DNA of 64,000 nt from Anaeramoeba ignava BMAN (Eukaryota > Protista > Anaeramoebae). The stretch covers positions 806,001 to 870,000 of the forward strand of contig JAPDFW010000136.1 in the NCBI GenBank assembly GCA_028826165.1, written 5' to 3'. The notes below the pieces were generated by a model that saw nothing but the letters and a program-made list of their open reading frames with translations, was not told the DNA's origin and made no database searches. Of this stretch, positions 37,380 through 51,526 are shown one piece after another (the first letter of the stretch is position 1; the number at the start of each line of letters is the position of its first letter). Both the position numbers and the translations under genes were made by a program.

Positions 37380-40345
37380 TTTAAATAATATTTTTATTCT
37401 ATTTATTTATTTAATTAATATTTTATTCAATTTATTTATTTAATTAATATTTTATTCCATTTATTTATTTAATTAATATTTTATTCCATTTATTTATTTA
37501 ATTAATATTTTATTCCACTTTATTTATTTAAATAATATTTTATTCCATTTATTTATTTAAATAATATTTTATTCCATTTATTTATTTAATTAATATTTTA
37601 TTCCACTTTTATTTATTTAAATAATATTTTATTCCATTTATTTATTTAAATAATATTTTATTCCACTTTTTATTTAAATAATATTTTATTCCATTTATTT
37701 ATTTAATTAATATTTTATTTTTATTTATTTATTTAATTAATATTTTTATTCTATTTATTTATTTAAATAATATTTTATTCCATTTATTTATTTAATTAAT
37801 ATTTTTATTCTATTTATTTATTTAATTAATATTTTATTCCATTTATTTATTTAATTAATATTTTATTCCACTTTATTTATTTAATTAATATTTTTATTCC
37901 ATTTATTTATTTAAATAATATTTTATTCCACTTATTTATTTAATTAATATTTTATTCCACTTTATTTATTTAATTAATATTCTATTCCATTTATTTATTT
38001 AAATTAATATTTTATTCCACTTTATTTATTTAATTAATATTTTATTCCATTTATTTATTTAATTAATATTTTATTCTATTTATTTATTTAATTAATATTT
38101 TATTCCATTTATTTATTTAATTAATATTTTATTCAATTTATTTATTTAAATTAATATTTTATTCCAATTTTTATTTATTTAAATTAATATTTTATTCCAT
38201 TTATTTATTTAAATTAATATTTTATTCCACTTTATTTATTTAATTAATATTTTATTCCATTTATTTATTTAATTAATATTTTATTCTATTTATTTATTTA
38301 AATAATATTTTTTATTCTTATTTATTTAAATAATATTTTTATTCTATTTATTTATTTAATAAATATTTTATTCAATTTATTTATTTAATTAATATTTTAT
38401 TCCTTATTTTATTTAATAAATATTTTATTCTATTTATTTATTTAAATTAATATTTTATTCTATTTTATTTATTTTAATTAATATTTTTATTCTATTTATT
38501 TATTTAAATAATATTTTATTCCATTTTTTATTTAATTAATATTTTTATTTTATTTATTTATTTAATTAATATTTTTATTCCACTTTATTTATTTAATTAA
38601 TATTTTTTATTCAATTTATTTATTTAATTAATATTTTATTCCATTTATTTATTTAATTAATATTTTTATTTATTTATTTTATTTAATAATATTTTTATTT
38701 ATTTTTTTTTTAATTAATATTTTTATTCCATTTATTTATTTAATTAATATTTTATTCCATTTATTTATTTAAATAATATTTTTATTCCATTTTTTTTATT
38801 TATTTAATTAATATTTTATTCCACTTTATTTATTTAAATAATATTTTATTCCACTTTTTATTTAATTAATAAATATTTTATTCCAATTTATTTATTTAAT
38901 TAATATTTTATTCCATTTATTTATTTAATTAATATTTTATTCCATTTATTTATTTAATTAATATTTTTATTCTATTTATTTATTTAATTAATATTTTATT
39001 CCACTTTATTTATTTAATTAATATTTTATTCTATTTATTTATTTAATTAATATTTTTATTCCATTTATTTATTTAAATAATATTTTATTCTATTTATTTA
39101 TTTAATTAATATTTTATTCTATTTATTTATTTAATTAATATTTTTATTCCATTTATTTTTTAATTAATATTTTATTCCACTTTATTTATTTAATTAATAT
39201 TTTATTCCACTTTATTTATTTAATTAATATTTTATTCCACTTTATTTATTTAAATAATATTTTATTCCATTTATTTAATTAATTAATATTTTATTCCACT
39301 TTATTTATTTAATTAATATTTTATTCCATTTATTTATTTAAATAATATTTTTATTCCACTTTATTTATTTAATTAATATTTTATTATTTTTATTTTTATT
39401 CCAATTTTTTTATTTTAATTAATATTTTATTTTATTTAAATAATATTTTATTCCATTTATTTATTTAATTAATATTTTTATTCCATTTATTTATTTAATT
39501 AATATTTTTATTCTATTTATTTATTTAATTAATATTTTATTCACTTTATTTATTTAATTAATATTTTATTCCACTTTTATTTATTTAATTAATATTTTAT
39601 TCCATTTATTTATTTAATTAATATTTTATTCCACTTTATTTATTTAATTAATATTTTATTCCATTTATTTATTTAATTATTTTTATTCCATTTTTTTATT
39701 TAAATTAATATTTTTATTCCATTTATTTATTTAAATTAATATTTTATTCCATTTATTTATTTAAATTAATATTTTTATTCCATTTATTTATTTAATTAAT
39801 ATTTTTATTCCACTTTATTTATTTAATTAATATTTTATTCCACTTTATTTATTTAATTAATATTTTATTCCATTTATTTATTTATTTAAATAATATTTTA
39901 TTTATTTTATTTTTAATTAATATTTTATTCCATTTATTTATTTAAATAATATTTTATTCTATTTTATTTAAATAATATTTTATTCCACTTTATTTATTTA
40001 ATTAATATTTTTATTCCACTTTATTTAATTAATAAATATTTTTATTCCATTTATTTATTTAATTAATATTTTTATTCCACTTTATTTATTTAATTAATAT
40101 TTTATTCCACTTTTTATTTAATTAATATTTTATTCCACTTTTTTTATTTAAATAATATTTTATTCCACTTTATTTAATTATTATTTTATTCCACTTTATT
40201 TAATTATTATTTTATTTATTTATTTAAATAATATTTTATTCCATTTATTTATTTAATTAATATTTTATTCCACTTTATTTATTTAATTAATATTTTATTC
40301 CACTTTATTTAATTAATATTTTATTCCATTTATTTATTTTTTTAT
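37380..40345. repeat. ~3 kb minisatellite with a ~31 bp unit, TATTTTATTCCA(C)TTTATTTATTTAATTAA, between divergent genes
   Basis: Unit visible throughout the interval with a CCAT/CCAC/CTAT variable core. Confidence 0.95.
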
Positions 40346-40409
40346 TTTATTTTTAATTTTTTCATTTTTCATTTTTCATTCTTTTCAAATTTTATTTGTT
40401 TGTTTGTTA

Positions 40410-42627
40410 ATGAATACAATTCCAGATTTCTTTAAAAAATTAAATAGTAAACCTTGTACTTCAATTTCTTTAGCAAGAAAAAAAACAAACAGTTGTTTTG
40501 AATTTTTTAAACCAAGTAATTCACAAGAAGCTCCACCAACAGAAAATAAAGAAAATGAAACAGAAATTCAAAAAGAAGAAAATGTTGAAAATATTTTAAC
40601 GCAAATTTTAAGTCAACCAATTTTATCTACAAAAAGAAGAAAAACAACAAAAAAAACAACAAAAAAAGATAACGAATTATTTAAAACTTCAAATTTTAAT
40701 TTTGATACGTTACAAAAATCTCATTCAACACAAAATTTCTCTCGTTTTTCTTCTCAAGAAAGCAAAGAAACTAATGAATTAGATTTAAAATTTGAAAAAA
40801 TTAAAGAATTATCAATTAAAACAAAAATTAGAATAATTTCTCAATCTCCTTTTTCAATTTTTCCAAAATCAAATTCAAAACAAAAATTTCAAACTCAAAA
40901 TCTTTTTCTAAATTTTTCAAATGATCAAAATTTAGAAAAATCTTTTTTTTACTATCAATATGCTTCAAAACAATTAAATATTAAAAAAAGAAAAGCAGGT
41001 CAAAAATTAACTAAAAAAGAAAAAGAAGAAAAAGAAACTTTTAATATTGCTTTAAATAATCTTTTTAATTTATTAATTAATAAGAAATGTAAAAGTTTCT
41101 ATATCAATTTTTATGGAACTTGGATTATTTTTTTAACGAACATAATTAAACCAAATCAAAATCAAAATGAAAAACAATTAGAAAATGAAAAACAATTAGA
41201 AAATGAAAATGAAAATGAAAATGAAAATGAAAAACAATTAGAAAATCAAAATCAAAATCAAAATCAAAATCAAAATCAAAATCAAAATTTAAATCAAATT
41301 CAAAATCAAAATCAAAATGAAAATGAAAAACAATTAGAAAATGAAAATGAAAATCAAAACCAAAATCAAAATCAAAATCAAAATCAAAATCAAAATCAAA
41401 ATCAAAATCAAAATCAAAATCAAAATCAAAATCAAAATAAAAATCAAAATAAAAATCAAAATGAAAATGAAAATCAATTTCAAAATGAATTAGAAAATCA
41501 AAATCAATTAGAAAATGAAAAACAATTAGAAAATCAAAATCAAAATCAAAATCAATTAGAAAATCAAAAACAATTAGAAAATGAAAAACAATTAGAAAAT
41601 GAAAAACAATTAGAAAATGAAAATGAAAATGAAAATCAAAATCAAAATCAAAATCAAAATCAAAATGAAAATAAAAACAAAAATAAAAATAAAAATCAAA
41701 TTCAAATTCAAATTCAAAATCAAAATCAAAATCAAAATCAAAATCAAAATCAAAATGAAAATGAAAATGAAAATGAAAAACAATTAGAAAATCAAAATCA
41801 AAATCAAAATCAAAATCAAAATCAAAATCAAAATCAAAATGAAAATGAAAAACAATTAGAAAATGAAAATGAAAATGAAAATGAAAATCAAAATCAAAAT
41901 GAAAATGAAAATCAAAATCAAAATCAAAATCAAAATCAAAATAAAAATAAAAATAAAAATAAAAATAAAAATCAAAATCAAAATCAAAATCAAAATGAAA
42001 AACAATTAGAAAATCGAAAATGAAAAACAATTAAAAAATCAAAATCAAAATGAAATTGAAAATATCAAAGAAAATCAAATAGGATTTCAATTCTATTCAA
42101 TTATTCTTAATCCAAAATCACAATTTCTTTCCAAAATAAAATTATCAAAAATTCCATATGATTTATTAAATGAAAAACCAATTGAAAATAATCAAATCAA
42201 CAACACAGAAAATAAAAAGCAATCAATATTGATAAAAGACCGAACAAATCTAGAAGAATTAATAAATTTGATTACAGAAAATTGTCGGGAAACTCAAACA
42301 CCAATTCTTCTTTGTTCTGAAAGTTTTCTTTATGGAACATTAAATTTTCTTAAAATTCAAAAAAATGATCGATTTCAAAAAGTTACTTCAAATGGAAAAG
42401 AATTTATGTTTAATCTTCAAATTCAAGGAACAATTTTACCTGAAAATCTTGATAATTTAATTCAATTTATAAGAAAATCTCATCAAAAATTTGAAATTAT
42501 TTGTCAAAATGATTTAGCTTTAAGATTTTTAATTGATTTAAAAAATGAAGAAGAAATTCAATTAATTTCTTTAAAGAAAATTATGAGAATGAATTGTGAT
42601 TTTGAACAAAAAAAGATTGTTTATTAA
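40410..42627 (+). CDS. DONSON: DONSON (downstream neighbor of SON)-like replisome factor with a large N/Q/E-rich insertion; frameshift near 42015
   Basis: ELSIKTKIRIISQSPF (cf. DWSIKTRLLFTSSQPF), FNIALNNLFNLLINKKCKSFY (cf. SF.SLY.LL...CPYFY), TPILLCSESFLYGTL (cf. PPTLLSPVAFRGAT), NLQIQGTILPENL (cf. SLEITGPIMPHSL), all in the expected order. Confidence 0.7.
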
Positions 42628-42740
42628 AATTGAAATTGAAATTAAAAATTAAAATTAAAAATTAAATTTGGAAATGACGTTAAAATTAAAATTAAAATTA
42701 AAATTAAAATTTTTTTTCATTTTCATTTTTTCTTATTATT

Positions 42741-45700
42741 ATGACTTCTACAACAATTCTTGAATTAACACGTTCTTTACATCAAGAAATTGAATCTAAA
42801 ATTGAAAAAGCATCACAATTAATGATACATGAATTTTCTTCAAGAAAAGATACAGTAATTAAAGAACATAAAATAAAAAATTTAATAGAAGATGTTCAAA
42901 ATTTAAGTCAAAAATTATTAGATATTTATATGGATAGAGACGGGTAAATTAAATTAAAATTCATTTATATAATTAAAATTAAAATTAAATTTAAAATTAA
43001 AATTCATTTATAAAATTAAAATTAAAATTAAATTTAAAATTAAAATTCATTTATAAAATTAAAATTAAAATTAAAATTAAAATTCATTTATAAAATCAAA
43101 ATTAAAATAAAAATTCAAATTGGGGTTTTAAAATTAAAATTAAAATTTTAAAAATAAAATTACTATTAAAATTTTGAAACAAGAAAATCCTAATTTTAAA
43201 ATTCTTTTTAAAATTAAAATTCCCCAAAAATTTAAAACTAAAAAAAAACAAAAAAATTTTTAAAAATCTTTTAAAAATTTGTAATTAAAATTAAAGTTGA
43301 CATAAACTTGATCAAATTCAATTTAAAATTAAAACTAAAAATTAAAATTAAAATTCATTTTGATAAAAAAAAATTAAAATTGAATTTAAAAATTATCACT
43401 ATCAAAAACGCAAAAATCAAAAATCAAATCCAAAATTAAAATTCAAAAGAAAAATTTAAAATTGATTTGAAAAATATAAAATTTAAAATTAAAACCACAA
43501 GAAATTTGGAAATTATAATTCCCGACTTAAGGAAAATTTAAAATTAAAATTTTCTCAAAGACACCAAATGATAATTGAAAAATTAAAATTTTATTATCAA
43601 AAATTAAAATTAAAAGAAATTATCATCTTAAAATTCAAAATTAAAATTATAATTAAAATTTAATTTTTGTAAAATTTTTAAAATTAAAAATTTTAAAAAT
43701 AAAATAAAAAATAAATTTTTATTTAAAAATTAAAGTTTTTCTTAAAATTAAAATTAAAAAAAAATTGTCAAAAAATTAAAATTAGGATTTTTGAATTAGA
43801 TTTTTATTGTGTTTTAAAATTATTTTTAAAATTCAATTTAAAATTAAAATTAAAATTAAAAATTAAAATCAAAATTAAAATTAAAATTAAAATTAAAATA
43901 AAAATTAAAATTAAAATTAAAATTAAAATCAAAATTAAAATTAAAATTATAATTAAAATTTAAATTAAAATTCATTTATAAAATTAAAATTAAAATTAAA
44001 ATTTAAAATTAAAATTAAAATTAAAATTAAAATTAAAATTAAAATTATAATTAAAATTCATTTATAAAATTAAAATTTAAATTAAAATTTAAAATTCATT
44101 TATAAAATTATATAGAGTTAGAGAACAAGAATTAAAACAAATTAGTGGAGATACTGTATTCACTTCTTTTTATGACCGTTTAAATTCTATTAAAACTTAT
44201 TACCGAAAAAATCCAAATGAAGATTTTACAATTCCTTCAATGACTGTTCTTGAAGACTTTATTCCTATTAAAAACACAGAAAACCATCTTGAAACACTAG
44301 AAGCCTTAAAAAAAGAAACAGAAAAAATAGATGAGGAAAAAGTTGAAGCGTTATTTTTAGGAGAAGAACATTTCGGAAACTTTATAGATTTAAATATTTT
44401 TTATCAAAAATTTATGAATTTAAAACTTGAGAAATATTTGCCCAAAATGGTGAAATCCACAAACCAAAACGAAAAAGAAAAACCACTTGATTATATATCC
44501 TATTTGGGGATATTTAATGAATTTATGTTTATTCCTGAAAATATCAAATTATGGAAATCATATAGAAATTACTTGAATGAATTAATGGATTATCTTATAA
44601 ATTTTATTAAACGTTCTCGTCCTTTATTTAATCTAAAAAGAGCAATGGAAATTATACATAACGATTTTAAACAAGGTTGGGAAAATGGATATTTCCAACC
44701 CAAATGGAAAAAAACAAATCAAAATGATGGAAATAATCAAAGCAAAAAAAATGTTGATGATAATGAAGTCAATCAAAATGATCAAATTTTAATCACAAAT
44801 GAAAACAAAAAATCAGAGGAATTGAATCATAATCATCTTTATTGTGAATACTGCAAAAAACAATTTGCAAAAGATACTGTTTTTCAAGTTCATCTTAAAG
44901 GAAAAAAACATCAAAAAAATATGAATAGAAAAATCAAACAAGAAGAAAATAAAATGAAATCATTTGAAGAATTTTCAAGATATGAATTTATTATCACAAA
45001 ATTAACACAAATTCTTCATGAAGTTATTAAAAAAACAATCGAAAATACTGTTAGAAAACAAACTTTAACTTATGAAGAACTTCAAAGAGAAATTCTTGAT
45101 GCTGAAGAAGAAGATAATCATGAAAATGCTGATGAAAATGCTGATGAAGATATTGAAGATGATGAAGATATGTTTTATAATCCAAAAGGCTTACCATTAG
45201 GTATAATTTATTAAAATTCATTTATAAAATTAAAATTCATTTATAAAATTAAAATTCATTTATAAAATTAAAATTCATTTATAAAATTAAAATTCATTTA
45301 TAAAATTAAAATTAAAATTAAAATTAAAATTAAAATTAAAATTAAAATTAAAATTAAAATTAAAATTAAAATTAAAATTAAAATTAATATTAAAATTCAT
45401 TTATAAAATTAAAATCGGATAAAAATTAAAATTAAAATTCATTTATAAAATTAAAATTAAAATTAATTTATAAAATTAAAATTCATTTATAAAATTAAAA
45501 TTAAAATTAAAATTAAAATTAAAATTAAAATTAATATTAAAATTAATATTAAAATTCATTTATAAAATTAAAATTAAAATTAAAATTAAAATTAAAATTA
45601 AAATTAAAATTAAAATTAAAATTAAAATTAAAATTAAAATTAAAATTATTAAATAGGATGGGATGGAAAACCAATTCCATATTGGTTATATAAATTAAAT

Positions 45701-46006
45701 GGATTAAGTGTAGAATATCGATGTGAAATTTGTGGTGGATTTACATACAGAGGAAGAAAAACATTTGAAGATCATTTCCAACAATGGAGACATGCACATG
45801 CAATGAAATGTTTAGGAATTCCAAATACAAAACATTTTCATGAAATAACTTCAATTGATGAAGCACTTGCTTTATATAAAAAGATTAAGGATTCTTTAGA
45901 TGAACAAAGATTTAAACCTGATGAAGATGAAGAATTTGAAGATTCTCAAGGAAATGTTATTTCTAGGAAAACTTATGAATTGATGAAAAAACAAGGAATT
46001 TTATAA
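42741..46006 (+). CDS. SF3A3: Splicing factor 3A subunit 3 (PRP9/SAP61); exons about 42741-42943, 44116-45201, 45657-46006
   Basis: TILELTRSLHQEIE, LFLGEEHFGNFIDL, zinc finger [80 protein letters not shown]. Confidence 0.95.
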
Positions 46007-46029
46007 TTTGGATTTTTAAATTCATTCCA

Positions 46030-47700
46030 AAATTAAAATTAAATTTAAAATCAAAATTAAATTATAAATCAAATTCAAAATTAAATTTACAAATTAAATT
46101 ATAAATTAAAATTAAATTATAAATTAAATTATAAATCAAATTATAATTATAAATTATAAATTATATTCAAAATTAAATTATAAATTAAATTATAAATTAA
46201 ATTATAAATTAAATTATAAATTAAATTATAAATTAAAAATTAAATTATAAATTAAATTATAAATTAAATTAAAAATTAAATTATAAATTAAATTATAAAT
46301 TAAATTAAAAATTAAATTATAAATTAAATTATAAATTAAATTAAATTATAAATCAAATTATAAATTAAATTATAAATTAAATTATAAATAAATTATAAAT
46401 TAAATTATAAATTAAATTATAAATTAAATTAAATTATAAATTAAATTATAAATTAAATTTAAAAATTAAATTATAAATTAAATTATAAAATAAAATTATA
46501 AATAAAATTATAAATCAAATTAAAATTAAATTATAAATTAAATTCTAAATTAAATTATAAATTAAATTATAAATTAAATTATAAATTAAATTATAAAATT
46601 AAATTCAAAATTAAATTCAAAATTAAATTCAAAATTAAATTATAAATTAAAATTAAATTAAATTCAAAAATTAAATTTAAATTAAATTATAAATTAAATT
46701 ATAAATAAAATTCAAAATTAAATTATAAATTAAATTATAAATTAAATTATAAATTAAAATCGGAAAAATTTATTTGAAAATTAAAATTAAAATCGGAAAA
46801 ATTTATTTCAAAATTATAAATTAAATTATAAATTAAATTATAAATCAAATTATAAATCAAAATTAAATTAAAATTAAATTATAAATTAAATTATAAATCA
46901 AATTATAAATAAAAATTATAAATAAAATTATAAATTAAATTTAAATTAAATTATAAAATTAAATTATAAAACTAAATTATAAATTAAATTATTAAATTAT
47001 AAATTAAATTATAAATTAAATTAAATTCAAAATTAAATTATATTCAAAATTAAATTATAAATTAAATTATAAATTAAATTATAAATTAAATTATAAATTA
47101 AATTATAAATTAAATTATAAATTATATTCAAAATTAAATTATAAATTAAATTATAAATCAAAAATTATAAATTAAATTATAAATTAAATTATAAATTAAA
47201 TTATAACAAATTATAAATTAAATTATAAATTAAATTATAAATTAAATTATAAATTAAATTAAAAATTAAATTATAAATTAAATTATAAATTAAATTATAA
47301 ATTAAATTATAAATTAAATTATAAATTAAATTATAAATTAAATTATAAATCAAATTATAAATCAAATTCAAAATTATAAAATCAAATTCAAAATTAAATT
47401 ATAAATTAAATTATAAATTAAATTATAAATTAAATTATAAATTAAATTATAAATTAAATTATAAATTAAATTATAAATAAAATTAAATTATATTCAAAAT
47501 TAAATTATAAATTAAATTATAAATTAAATTATAAATTTATTTCAAAATTAAATTATAAATAAAATTATAAATTAAATTCAAAATTAAATTATAAATTAAA
47601 ATTAAAATCGGAAAAAAAATTTATTTCAAAATTATATTCTAAATAAAATTCAAAATTAAATTATAAATTAAAATTAAAATCGGAAAAAAAATTTATTTGA
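46030..47700. repeat. Intergenic (AAATTATAAATT)n array with recurring AAAATCGGAAAA interruptions
   Basis: About 1.7 kb 12-mer array; ATCGGAAAAA at about 46760, 46793, 47607 and 47680. Confidence 0.9.
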
Positions 47701-47791
47701 AAACGTGTTTTTGGAAAATTTTTTTTAATTTTTTTTAATTTTTTTTTTCATTTTTTTCTTTCATTTTTTAAAAAGAAAAATTAAAAAAAAA

Positions 47792-50700
47792 ATGTCTCAA
47801 ACTGAATCACAAACTTTAAAACAAAGAAAAGAAACAAAAGAAAAAAAAACAAAAGAAAAAGAAACAAAAGAAACAAAAATGGAAACAAAAGAAATGGATT
47901 TTGGAGCAACAAAAGTTTGTTTGATAGAAAAAAAACCTGAAGTTAAATTTGAAATTAAAACAATAAATCGACTTTTTCCAAAACTTTTTAAACTTTTCTT
48001 ATTCCTTTTAACAAAATTATATTTAATTTATTTAAATATTAAAGGAATGCATAAACTTATCAAAGTAAAAATAAAAATAAAAACAAAAACAAAAAGAAAA
48101 AAGCAAAAAAAAATTTTTTAATTAAAAATTTTTAATTGAAAAAAAAATTACTCATTTTCCGTTTTTTTTTTTTGCTTTTTTTTTCTTTTTTAAAAAAAAA
48201 AAGATACTTTGTGGATTTTTAGAACTTATTCTATCTTTTATTTATCCTTTTTTTTGGCATAAAATTCAATCAATTGATAATTGGATTTTTGATCATTTTT
48301 TCTTCAAACAAAAAGATCTCTTGAAAATTCTTAAACAAAAATTCCCAAAAAATCGATTTAAACTTGATTATGATGGAGGAGAAAAAGCTTGTAAAGAAAA
48401 AGATTCTGAGAAAAACTTGCCAGATCTTATTAAAGAAATGTTAAATTCATGCGAAACTTTTTTGCAAGAAAAATTCCCAAAGAAAAAAAAAGAAAAAGTT
48501 GATCAAATTGATAATGAAAATGAAGACAAAATTGAAAATCAAGACGAAGATCAAACTCAATTTGAGAAGGCAAAAAAACAAATCTTGAAAAAATTGAGAA
48601 TGATCATTTCAAGTCATTTTGGAAAAGTTGGAAAAGATGGAAATGGTTCTGTTCCTCAATTAAGTAATGTTGATATTTTGAATGTTTTTGATAAGAATAT
48701 TGATAAGATGTATAAAGCTTTAGCTGATGAAATTAATGGATTTGTTTTAGAAATTTTTAAGGTAAATATAAAATTATTTATAAATTATATATAAAATTAA
48801 TTATAAAATTAAATATAAAATTTATTTATAAAATTATTTATAAAATTAAATATAAAATTATTTATAAAATTTATTATAAAATTTATTATAAAATTATTTA
48901 TAAAATTAAATATAAAATTATTTATAAAATTATTTATAAAATTATTTATAAAATTAATTATAAAAAAATTAATTATAAAATTAATTATAAAATTATATAA
49001 AAAAATTATTTAATTATAAAATTATTTATAAAATTAATTATAAAATTATTTATAAAATTATTTATAAAATTATTTATAAAAATTAATTATAAAATTATTT
49101 ATAAAAATTATTTATAAAATTAATTATAAAATTATTTATAAATTTATTATAAAATTAATTATAAAATTAATTATAAAATTTAATTATAAAATTATTTATA
49201 AAATTAATTATAAAATTATTTATAAAATTATTTATAAATTTATTTATAAAATTATTTATAAAATTATTTATAAAATTTATTTATAAAATTATTTATTATA
49301 AAATTATTTATAAAAATTTATAAAATTATTTATAAAATTTATTATAAAATTAATTATAAAAATATAAAATTTATTTATAAAATTTATTATAAAAATTATT
49401 ATAAAAATTTATTATAAAATTTATTAAAATTATTTATAAAATTATTTATAAAATTAAAATTATAAAATTATTTATAAAATTATTTATAAAATTAATTATA
49501 AAATTATTTATAAAATTTATTTATAAAATTAATTATAAATTTATAAAATTATTTATAAAATTATTTATAATTTATTATAAAATTATTTATAAAATTATTT
49601 ATAAAATTAATTATTAAATTAAATATAAAATTTATTTATAAAATTATTTATAAAATTATTTATAAAATTGTATAAAAAATTTATAAAATTTATAAAATAA
49701 ATTATTTTATAAAATTATTTATAAAATTATTTATAAAATTATTTATAAAATTATTTATAAAATTTATTATAAAATTTATTTATAAAATTAATTATAAAAT
49801 TATTTATAAAATTATTTATAAAATTAATTATAAAATTTAATATAAAATTATTTATAAAATTATTTATAAAATTAATTATAAAATTATTTATAAAATTATT
49901 TATAAAATTATTTATAAAATTATTTATAAAATTATTTATAAAATTATTTATAAAATTTATTATAAAATTAATTATAAAATTAATTATAAAATTATTTATA
50001 AAATTTAGAATTACAAAGAAGAAGAAAAAAAAGAAGAACTACAATTTTCATCTCCTATTAAAAAAAAATCAAACAAGATCTGGACAATAATCAAAGAAGT
50101 ATTCTCTTTATCAAAATCATTAATTTACTTCCCAATATATTTTATTGAAAACGGAAAGAAAAGTTGGTTAAAAATACCTAAAAAAATCCTTTTCACTGTG
50201 AAATCAATAATCTATAAAGCTATTTCATTAATTTTGGGTAAATCTCTCAAAAACGGAAATGAAGAGGATTATTTGAATCTAATCAAAATGGGATTTGATT
50301 ATATCAAAATTATTAATGAAGATATTTTGAATCAAATTTGGAATGGAGCATCAAAAATGACTCAAACAATGTTCCAAAAAGAAAGCGAAATTATTCAACA
50401 AATCAAATTAATCTCTTCCCAAAAAGACACAAAAAATTCAATAGAAGTTTTGAATAACCTTCTTTCTTTTCAATTAATTCAGAATTCTTATTGTTTTGCA
50501 ATTCAAGAATTTATCAAAGACATGGATCAAAAAATCAAAACAATAATTGAGTTTATAATTTACCAACTCAGATGTAAAGAATCAACAAACATCATTCAAA
50601 GTTTCAAAGAGACTCAATATCATATTGTAAGAAACTTTGCAAATGAGTTTTTTGAAATCATCTTCCAATCTCAGGCAAAATTATTTGCTTCAATGGATAA

Positions 50701-51292
50701 TATTATTAAAGCTGGAAAAAAAGATGATTTATTTGATAATGAAAGTGTTGAAAAATTTTTGAAATTTAATGATTTAATTAATTTGAAGAATTTGGAAAGT
50801 GTTGTTGAACCGAATAATGATAATTTAGTTTTGAATGAAAATGAAAATGAAAATGAAAATGAAAATGAAAATGAAAATGAAAATGAAAATGAAAATGAAA
50901 ATGAAAATGAAAATGAAAATGAAAATGAAAATGAAAATGAAAATGAAAATGAAAATGAAAATGAACAAGACATTGACAATAAGATTGATAGTGATAAAGA
51001 ACAAGAACAAGACCTTGACAACAAAATTGATAGTGATAATGATAATGATAATGATAGTGATAGTGATAGTGATAGTGATAATGATAAAGAACAAGACATT
51101 GATAATAAAATTGATAATAAAATTGATAGTGATAATGATAAAGAACAAGACATTGATAATAAAATTGACAATAAAATTGATAGTGATAATGATAAAGAAC
51201 AAGACATTGATAATAAAATTGATAATAAAATTGATAGTGATAATGATAAAGAACAAGAAAGAAGTGATAATGATGATGATGATAATAATTAA
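47792..51292 (+). CDS. Hypothetical protein, multi-exon, with hydrophobic N-terminal segments and an acidic C-terminus ((EN)n plus three copies of DNDKEQDIDNKIDNKIDS)
   Basis: ORFs 47792-48121, 48321-48794 and 50198-51292 are linked by GT-AG introns (about 48064-48203 and 48762-50008, the latter filled with (AAAATTATTTAT)n). No family recognised. Confidence 0.65.
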
Positions 51293-51526
51293 TCAATCAA
51301 TTAAATCAATCAATTAATTTTTCTTCTTGAATCAAATTTCTTTCTTAATTTTTTTTTTCTCTCCTTTTTTTTTTTTTCTTTTTCTTTTTTAAATCTTTCT
51401 ATTTCCACAAAATTTCTTGAAAGAAAACAATCAAAAAAAAAAAATTTTTTTATTTTCATTTTTTTCATTTTCATTTTTTTATTTTTTTTCTTCATCTATT
51501 TTTTTTAATTTAAATAAAAATATAAA

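Noticed and set aside
37380-40345. CRISPR-like array
   Set aside because: Head-to-tail repeat with no unique spacers, no cas genes, and a eukaryotic context.
43100-43830. Higher-complexity island inside SF3A3 intron 1 (possible ncRNA or inserted element)
   Set aside because: No ORF, terminal repeats or snoRNA boxes recognised. It looks like a noisy, low-quality version of the surrounding TAAAAT repeat.
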